DNA of 62,585 nucleotides, filler included, from Basidiobolus ranarum (Eukaryota): NCBI GenBank assembly GCA_040143965.1. It is 2 parts of 2 records of this genome, joined end to end, with 100 filler letters (N's around TTAATTAATTAA, not from the genome) between each part and the next. Parts side by side here need not be neighbours in the genome. Positions count along the whole stretch, not along the records: positions 31,461 to 62,585 come from JASJQH010000091.1; 1 more part is not named here. One strand, 5' to 3'. Shown piece by piece: positions 53,182 to 62,585 of this stretch (position 1 is its first letter; each line of letters starts with the position of its first letter). The notes under the pieces were generated by a model. It saw only the letters and a program-made list of their open reading frames with translations, ran no database searches and was not told where the DNA came from. The position numbers and the translations under genes were made by a program.

Positions 53182-56011
53182 TTAACGTAAGTATTTTCTG
53201 GCTCCGAACTCCTCTTGGCGCCGAACAAGATACATCAGTTTCTCCATGACTTCCTCTAGCTTCAACTTGCGCTCAGCTAATTTAAGTTGCTTCATCACAC
53301 GTGGATTCTCTTTAGCAAAGTAGTCAATTTCATTCCGGTTCAGCCCGTAGTACAGCCTATTGTCAACTTCTCTGGGGAACAAAAAGAAGAATTCGTTTAA
53401 CAATTCGACTTGAATAAACATCACTGCGGTATAGACAAGCTTTTCCGCAACAACATTTAGAAATACTTCTGGACATATGGTTTTATTATCCACATTTTTG
53501 CACTTCCGACTTTTCAATGTAGCCAAGCGATATTTCAAAATCATGGCTCGCTGCTTCAAACATATAGCTTCCTTGGCTTTGTCGATGAGGATTGGGTTGA
53601 AGTGTGGCTTAGCAGCATCCAGTAGATCCGAATCCATATTTAGTTCCTGTTCTTCTTGGGAAGCGATGAACTTGTTGGCGGCTCTGCGTTGTTCGTCTCT
53701 TTCCGAGTCCAAGACGTGTTTAATCGCCGAACGTAATTTGGCTTTACCAACGGTTGTTTTGATGTTAGTGAGTGCATATTCGCACATAGAGATTTCCTTT
53801 TGCAACAACCCAATGGAGCGCTTGAGGCCATCGGCCCATTCTTGTTCAGTGCACTCTACCTCGTACTTGTAGGGCTTAATGGTGTTCTCCACCTGGTCGA
53901 CAGTGACTTGGTATTTACTCTTTAGAATTTCATGACTAAACTGAACAATCTGACGTTGTGTGTCTGGATGATAAAGGAAAGGCTCATCGGACGCAAGCTT
54001 CTCCATATTTTTCATTACTAGGTCTACCACCATCTGTGTACTTGATCTACCTAGACCACTTTTCGTAAGTAACGAGGAGCAAATGTCAAGTTTGTGTTCC
54101 CAATATACGTCATCTGAGTTATCCTTTCCAAGGGAGAAGATTTTGGGATCAGCCCAATACATTTCAGCACTAATGTCCAGAACTCTTTCCTCGAGAAGAT
54201 TTCGAAGTTCCTGTCTGACTTGAGGCTTGCCAAAAGTACCGGCGAAGTCTTTGAACTTCAACTTGAGGGTATCCATGGTTTCGGCTACGTAAGACTCGGC
54301 AGTAACTCGACGATCGTTGTACTCCACCTTGAATTGGTACCTTGCTTCTTCTAGTTCTGTCTGCACACGGTCTACGATGGTTGACAGATTTCTTTTCATA
54401 TTTTCTTCGAGAACGTTCGTGAGTTTATCCCGCAAATTGCCAGTTCCTACGACAATATTGCGTTGGCTATAGACATGGTTGGATCTGAAATAGCTATCCT
54501 CTGTTTCTACTACTTTCTTGTTTCCATTGGGCCCACTTTCTCCGCCCAAGTTCTTGCAAATCACTCCGATATATCCAAGGTGAAGTGGATAATCAGTGTT
54601 CTGCAGGATCGCCACTCCATTCTCCGGAGGAACAAGATCCATCTTGGTGATAACACCAATTGTACGGACACCAAGCGGATCTACTTTTCTGCTAGCTAAA
54701 AGAGCTTCAGAATTGGCGAGATCCACATCGGCAGAGCAAACGGCAAGAATTATGTTTTGACGACGAATGTAGGATTCACATAAATCTTGGATCTTTTGTT
54801 TCAATGCTGGTGGTTGGTTGACATTATGGATTTGAATGTATCCAGGAAGATCGATCAGTGTCAGGTCAGGAATATTGGGTGAATAGATCCGGAGTTCAAT
54901 TGGCTTTGACGAGACACACTCTGCGTCGGAAACTGACATGTTCATATCCATGAGGGTTTTCTGAACTTGTTCGAAATCCCGAACTTTTTCGAGTCCAACT
55001 TGTGGAAACTCTGCATATTCTTCATGGGAATCTGGAGTGTTAATCAGCGTGAGCTCTATGGGCCGACGGGTAACCATGTTAGAGCCTCTATTGAAGTCAC
55101 ATTATAATGTTAGTCAGACCAGACAAACGAAAATATTGAAATATCCGAAAGGTTGAAAGATTTACATACTTTGGAAGAAATTCTCGGCCTACGATTGCTT
55201 CCAGAACCGAGCTTTTACCGGAGCTTTGCGAGCCGATCACAACAATGCTAGGAAGTTGCAAAGTTTCATCATGATCGATGGTCTTTAACATATTTCGGAT
55301 TTCAATTAATTTCTTAGTTAAAATCATGAATTGGTCATCTTTAGGTCTTCGTGGTTCTTCAACGGGTTCTGGTGGAATGATGCGGACTTTTTCTTTCGGT
55401 TCGTTTGCCGCAGCGGAAGCGAACAATACAGCCGGTATCATATTAGGTGGTTTAGAGGAATTTCCGTTTCCGTTTTCTTTTTCCTTGTCATCCTGTTTTG
55501 AATTCTCTTGGGATGGGAAGAACTTATTGAACAAGTCTACCATGGTTATATCTGATAATCCTTTTTGCAGAGTCGAATCGTAATACGAGCGGATCTGGCT
55601 AGCTGCAAGGAGTGCCCAATTAGGTGAAAAATTATTGGACAGTTCTAAAAAAGATATTAACTGTCAGCAAAGAGAAGAGTATAAAATATATCATGTCGAC
55701 TAACCATTCATTTGTATATGTGCATAACCTACTGCTCCTACACCAAAACCAACGAAGGTCAAGGGTACACGTGCAATGTGGGAAGTTAATTTAATGGAGG
55801 CAACCGCAGCTCTAGGGATAATCTTTGGGAGTACGTTGGATCCGAGAAAAGTTGCAAGTGGAGTGGACACTCTTGGTAAAGCAACAGTAAGGGGCCGATG
55901 CTGGTAAGGTCTGAGTAGAGGTTTGATAGCCCCGGGATTTCTGGTATGTGGAAGTAGAACTGTACCGAGTCTGACCAACTTTTGGCCCACACTCGATAGT
56001 TTAGTAATCAT
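53182..56011 (-). CDS. MGM1: Mitochondrial dynamin-like GTPase Mgm1
   Basis: [47 protein letters not shown]; presequence plus TM segment. Confidence 0.95.
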
Positions 56012-56525
56012 GTTTGGCTTTCACGAAAGAAATTGTTGTCTAAACCAAAGAAAAGAATGACATGAATAAGGAAAAAAGAGAAGTGCGATATTGTATTGTC
56101 ACCACCACTCACAGATTAAACTAGGATTCAAGAAATTTCCATAGTCCCAGAATTTGTATGTGTTCCAGCTCCCTTGCCTCTGATACTATTTGTGGTACTT
56201 GATGATAGCTCGATCTAAATTATCTTAATCAAGATAACTTTTCATTAGTTTCAGAAATCCCCTCCGATATACAATCATCAACTGGTGACAGTTGATAGTA
56301 CAGCACAAGCTTTCTTTGGGCACTCTTCAAAAACAGTAATTGCTGCGTAATTGCGGTAACTACTTTTGGAGCCGCAATGAGAGAATAACGATGACCAAAT
56401 GACGTAGCCGGGATATACAATCAATTATAATATAGCATTTTCACAGTGACGAATTTATTTAGATTATGCATTATATTCAACAATCATTCATAAATATAGT
56501 TCAGTAAGAATGGAGAATAAACATT

Positions 56526-56618
56526 AAGCAGTGATGAATAACAAGCAGTGACGAATAACAAGCAGTGACGAATAACAAGCAATGATGAATAACAAGCAGT
56601 GATGAATAACAAGCAGTG
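56526..56618. repeat. 17-bp minisatellite, about 5.5 copies
   Basis: AAGCA(G/A)TGA(T/C)GAATAAC in tandem, just downstream of the RNF10-like stop codon. Confidence 0.92.
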
Positions 56619-56637
56619 TAACGCAGTGAATAAAAAA

Positions 56638-59194
56638 TCAATAGCGTCTGCTTGCGTTATTGCTCATTAGTACATGCCTCTTTTTGCCTTTCTTGCCAAC
56701 CAATACCTCTTCTTTGCCGAACTTTAGTGGATTGGGTGACTCTAATACCTTCGCAAAACTACCATCATGATTAGAACCTCTCCGATCCGATCCCTGGGAT
56801 GCTATAGAGTTCTCTTTGTTGACGCCTCTTACTTTTTGCGATGAATGGATGGTATTGTTCGAATTGTTGGCGGGAATTTGGAAGAATGGGTCATTACTTA
56901 TAGGTCGGTGCCCTACAGCGTTTCTCTCCGGTTTATATAGCGGTACTTCAGCTAGTTGTCGTTGCCTTTCTTCTTTGCGGTTTTTTTGGATTTTTTTACT
57001 TTCACGTTGCCGAAGTTCATCTAAACAAAGCATGTTGAGTAAGAAGTAGAGTCTAGATGATCAACATGAAAATACCATACCAGAAAACATATTGAGAGTT
57101 TTCTTGGAAACGAGATTTCTTAAATCAATTTCGACAAAGGTGATATCGCAGCTTATAGGTAGATGGCTTAAATATTTGAATCTTCTACGCAAATCCTGAC
57201 CATCATTAAGAAGGTCAGTATGTTGCTAAGTGATAGAATATAAAGTGATGCTTACAGGGTTAATGGTCGATTCTTCAAAACCGATCATGGGTGCAGATAT
57301 TTCGTCTGGAAAATTCTCATAAGCGCCAAACTCTTCGCGCAAGATTTTAACATCAATAGGATGTAAATACATGTGTTGTCCGTCGGCAGATTGATAGAAA
57401 AAGTAATCACTGACAAGCGCTTCGTGTTTCGCACCGGCCTCTTGAGAATCAATTCCTTGATGAGACAAGTCATAGGTTTCCTTGTTCACATTCCCATTAA
57501 ATAAGGCTCCATATGGTGTCGACGCCGATATTTCGATAGAGTGAGGGTTCACTGAATTTGAGACATGGATATGTTCGTCTTCACAGTCGGAGAAGGCGGA
57601 TTCGTGTACCTAGAAAATGTTGATTATCTACCATACCATGATGATGGACAAAGGTTGATGGGTAAAATACCTTATTGTTCTCGCGATATGAGTTTATAAC
57701 TGCTTCGAATTCATCTTCCTGCACCTCTGTTGAGATTTTACTATCAGTAAAAGGTTGTGCTTCAGTGCCACATAACATATTGATCGCAGCAATCTTCTCA
57801 ATACTCTCTCTAACTGAGCTTAAACGTAGGAATTTCAGTTGGCTCTAGGTATTAATAAATTAATGGTTGGTCAAGAGATTCAGTTTAACAATAGAGTCAG
57901 TTACTTTTGTTTTCTCAATGGAATTATTAATGTATATCAGCTCTTCGTTTGCACCCCATCCTTTCGCATCTTTCAGAGCATCCTCCAACTCAGAGATCGC
58001 TTGAATATACTCTTTCTCCATGTACGAAAGAGTTGGAAGAATTAGCCTAGAATAGGATAGGGCGCTGGGGGTAAAATCCCAAGGAATGAACGATGTTTCT
58101 GGGGAGATAACTTGCCTCAATTTGCACATTGAAGTTCGAGGCAAGACGATGTTTGATATCGAAGGTCTCTGCATCAGGTTAAAAGTGACGAGATTCTTCT
58201 TGATGTCATTTCTCATTAGAAATAAACCTTCTCTATGTTGTACACTCTTCAGATCCTTTTCGTAGATAGCATCCCAACAGACCGGGCATTTTCGCCATTT
58301 CTTTTTGTCTTCACCAACGCTGAGATAATGCAAAATACATGGATAACAGTAAGTATGCCCGCATTTAGTAACTCGAGCAGCGCACGGCTTTGAGAGGCAG
58401 ATTGGACAAGTGGTCAAGGACTGACTAGTAATTACTACTTGTTCAATATCCTCCCATTGTATGCTGACATCTAAAGCTTAGTTTAGCTAATGAAACATAA
58501 TGGATTACCAATATGTCCATACCTGGATCAGCTAATTGAACAGTGTAGTCTCCAGTTGGGTTGACTAAGAATCGAAAACTAATCAAGTACAAAATATCAG
58601 TATCTGTGGTGAGCTATGAAATCACTTCGTTGGCATTTACTTTGCATTGACAAAGCGCTCCTTATTAAAGGGTTGGTGATGAACAGTTCGTGATTTTCTA
58701 GGAGCAAAGCTTACGGGCCGTTGACGAGGAGGTAAGGAGAAGTTTAGCAAGTGATTCATGGATATTTGCCCGCGTTTGTTAGGTTCCCCAATCTTTGTAT
58801 TGGCAAGTTAGATTAAATAGAAGTAAAAATATTATAAGAAGAATGCATACCTCACTTTTATCGTGGGAGGAAGTATTTGTGATGAGATTGCGACCAAGAG
58901 TTGCTTTAGACCGTGAATTCACTTGGTTATGGGATCTGCAGCCTCTCTGGGTACTACTTCTATTCTTTTGTCCGCTACTTTGGAAACTAGGGTCTAGCAA
59001 AGAAGTGTTAGAAAGCATAGTATTCTGTATTTCTTCGAGTCTAATAAACTTGAAGTACCTCGTTGATTGATAGAGCCTCTTGGAAGACGTTCTTTGTTAT
59101 GTTTATGCCCAGGTTTTTTTGGTCTGTCAATATTCGGCTTTAAAGTGCTTTGGGTAACAAGCTTAGGTGTGAATACAGGTGCATTGACGTTCAT
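56638..59194 (-). CDS. MAG2: RING-finger E3 ligase RNF10/Mag2, multi-exon
   Basis: MNHLLNFSLPPR, FNKERFVNANFRF, CPICL..CGHTYCYPCILHY..CPVC, FFYQSADGQHMYLHP, KKGKKRHVLMSN. Confidence 0.88.
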
Positions 59195-59742
59195 ATCTAA
59201 TAGGCGATAATTGAAAGAGAAACTAAGACTTTCAACACAAAGTTGAGGCAAATTCTAGTGAGAGAGGCCCACAAAGTAACTGTTTAAAAGAGAAGGTTGA
59301 TAAAAAATGACGATACTTTGGAATATGGTATAATCTGTTGTTGGCTATCTAAGAAACAGTCCAGGAACCTTGTATCTCATACAATCGCACTATTTTTGAA
59401 CCAATCCAGCCTGAAATCCGAAACATTTTCAGTGACCGTTTATGGCAAGGGCAAAGAAGCTAGCTTACTGCGCATGATCGCTCGGTGACTTTAATAGGAA
59501 GGGACTGCTTCATGTGTGAGCCAGAGGGTCCTGCGGATTTCAGAGCTGAGATAAAAGACCACAGATCATTATCACGTGATCCATAGGAAGCATTTCTGTG
59601 GTTAGATGGTTAAGTCAATCCGAGATTTTTTTATAGCATTCCAATTTTCAGGCTAAGGGGGTCTAGAAATGATGAAGATTTGTTAAGGAATTATATCTAC
59701 AGGAAAAACGTAGGTTGTGAATACTTGCTACACCTTAATATA

Positions 59743-61064
59743 ATGGAGGAAACAAACAGGAAGAGACCTAGAGAGGACTCACAAGAATCAGTGGGTCTGA
59801 ACTTGGCTCGACTCGAAAGAAGTATCTTCTGTGTGGAGCCTTTGGATGATATTTTGAAAGTAGTTTCCGATTTTTTGTATAAACATCTAGATCGTCCTCA
59901 TGTAGAGGTATTTACAATACTTTTCAATAACTATTCTTAATGGAGTGAAATCCCCTTCTCATCTGTTCTGAAATATTCAACAGATAGAGGCAAAATTAGG
60001 CGTTTTGATTGACACTAGAACCAACCAAAGAATCAAATTGCCAGTTGCAACCGAAACTGGTAAACTTTCAACCATATTGCTAGTGGTCAGAAGTTTTTTC
60101 TTACTTGTATTATTATAGTAATGTCTTTGGAAGATGATAAGTGGTTTCGATTTGAATCAGATATGAAATTGGTTGGTAGATGAATTCTTTGCAGCCATTC
60201 TTGGTTTATGACTCTTACTCAAATAAGTCTTTATGTACGCTAGGAGCAACATAAGCATTTCAATGAAATTCTCAACAAACGAGTTAGCGAATCTAAAGCG
60301 CCAAACTACAGAGTACGGATCGTAATATTTTTTGGCAAGAGTTGCATATACTAATTAACTGATTAGGGGGCAATTATCGAATACAAGCATACACGAGAGA
60401 CAGATAGGTTCTATAAAGTGGATGGAGCCAAGGTTCGAGTTACGACGGATCAGCAGACTGGAGAGGTAAATAGACCAATTTGATGATTCTTTGCACCGGC
60501 CGATTGTTTAACTCGTATATGGATGTAAAGGTTGTTGCGGACGGAATTGTAGAGAAGAAGAGAGTGGCAAATTTAAACATTCATTCTCCAAATACCCGAT
60601 TAGATTTCCGCATAACTATCAGCGAGGAAATTCCAAGTGAGGCCATGTTATATAAGCTCATCACTTTTACGTTACTAACTATATCTCTAGAATCACTGCC
60701 CGAGGGCAAACATCTGTTTGAGCGTAACAAGGATCGTTTGTCGTATCGTCATGAAATATGGAAGTTCGATCTTACTCAGGTGAAAGGAAATGAGGTAGGA
60801 TACTCACTTCATATGTGTCATGGCCCACGTGTCTTACAATTAAATGTTTGTTAGCAACCATCTCGGCCACAACCTTCGTTTTATGGATATCGTGCACCGG
60901 AAAGGACGCCAGAACTCAAGCACGAGTTAGAACTGGAATTTGCGGACCCTAAGGTTCTGCTCAATGAGCGTAAGAAAATTGAACGCGGAGAACCCAATAA
61001 CTATTCTACCGTGGTGAAAGTGTTTCTCAATAACATTCGATTGTTGGCCAAAAAAGCGCTATAG
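59743..61064 (+). CDS. CET1: mRNA 5'-triphosphatase (Cet1/Pct1, triphosphate tunnel family), multi-exon
   Basis: EIEAKLG, RFESDM, KVRVT, KKRVANL, DFRITIS, RNKDRLSY, DLTQV, HELELE. Confidence 0.9.
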
Positions 61065-61306
61065 TCACAAGATGCTTTTATTTCCCACTAAAATCTACAC
61101 ACTTTCGGTAAACGAGAAGAGCTCGCATTGTATTTGCTAATGTGACAATACATGGGAAATCAGCACATTTGATGTATTCATAGCAGTACTTTAGGGATTA
61201 TTTATGCGCATCCATACTTAGCGTAATGAAACTAGTCTGTGAATGATATCTGACAATAAACATTTCAATATAGTTCCTCTTCCTTTACTATGGCATTTGA
61301 TTACAT

Positions 61307-61576
61307 TTAGGGAATTGCAATATATCTTCTGATACCCTGATACTTTACAATGACATACCAAGCGTGAAAAACTGGTAGCAACCCAATAATCCACTCAAAG
61401 CCGAACAGGAAATGATATCCAAGGTAGAAGGGCATAAATGCGGGTACCGTAGTAAACAGAGTCAAGCCGAGGTTGATCCAAAAGTCGGGCTTGAAATCTC
61501 TTTTTATGTAGACGGCCAAAGGAGGAATAAATAGACTGAGGATGAAGAGCAAAATATCTTTTTGATTGTAACGCAT
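61307..61576 (-). CDS. Pmp3/SNA-family small membrane proteolipid
   Basis: DILLFILSLFIPPLAVYIKR..DFWINLGLTL..LPVFHAWYVI. Confidence 0.8.
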   Translation of the reverse strand: MRYNQKDILLFILSLFIPPLAVYIKRDFKPDFWINLGLTLFTTVPAFMPFYLGYHFLFGFEWIIGLLPVFHAWYVIVKYQGIRRYIAIP

Positions 61577-62136
61577 TGTTGGGAATAATAATAAAGATAA
61601 ACTACACCCACCCGCGCAAGTGCTCATTAAATACTATTAGAGCACGTGCTATCAAGTGCTTTGAGCATGTAGGCTGCAAAGAACAAGGTTACTTAATTGG
61701 TGCACTAGAAATCAGGATAAAACTATGTTTCTCTTTAAAAGGAGTGAGGATAGCATAGAGGTGATCGTCATAACAACACATGCAATCTAAACGATAGAAC
61801 CATTCATATGTATATATATATATATAGGGAATGTTTCACACCACTAGAAAAATAAGATCATGGTTTTTGGAAAGTTTTATATACCAAATATTGCTTTTCT
61901 AGATATTTTTGGGTTTTCTTAATCTTCAAACTCAAGGGAAAGGATTAAATATATATATTCATGTGTAAAGAAAAACCCTTGAAAGAATGTGAACCAAATA
62001 CTCAAATACTTAAACTATAATGCTTTCAAACGAAAAGAAAAATCATTGTATTCTCGTAAACTTGCGTTGATGAAAATATATGGAACAAATGATCCAATAT
62101 CATCAATGCTAGAGCCGGTACCTCTAGAGTATGTAC

Positions 62137-62585
<449 letters not shown>

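Noticed and set aside
56526-56618. Repeat arrays (also 23871 and 31306) as CRISPR
   Set aside because: Head-to-tail units without unique spacers, no cas genes, eukaryotic context

Overview
Gene-dense eukaryotic DNA with short GT-AG introns, typical of a fungus. An early-diverging lineage such as Zoopagomycota/Mucoromycota (Basidiobolus-like) is inferred from the minor-type intron and the bacterial-like genes, not proven. Housekeeping genes: two RPS25 copies, aspartokinase, SF1/MSL5, tubulin cofactor D, ATG18, a PPR protein, a HAPSTR1-like gene, a Ded1-like helicase, alanine aminotransferase, NMA111, NOP58, RPL43, RPS5, RPS29, an ATF/CREB bZIP, SNF4, QCR6, MGM1, RNF10/MAG2, CET1, PMP3 and the RPB1 CTD. 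The most striking accessory feature is at 19.1-25.4 kb. It holds five intronless paralogues encoding secreted precursors (signal peptide, dibasic site, cysteine-free Gly/Val-alternating four-strand domain ending in EDK), interleaved with two Ser/Thr-rich GPI-like genes. Other highlights: an in-frame U12-type AT-AC intron in cofactor D, an intronless bacterial-type DAACS transporter with altered TM8 residues, a bacterial-type CAP protein, an ATF2-like PTPTRFL motif in the bZIP, and a candidate poison splice site in SF1/MSL5. One 100-nt assembly gap contains an artificial linker. Coordinates of spliced genes are whole-gene spans read by hand.
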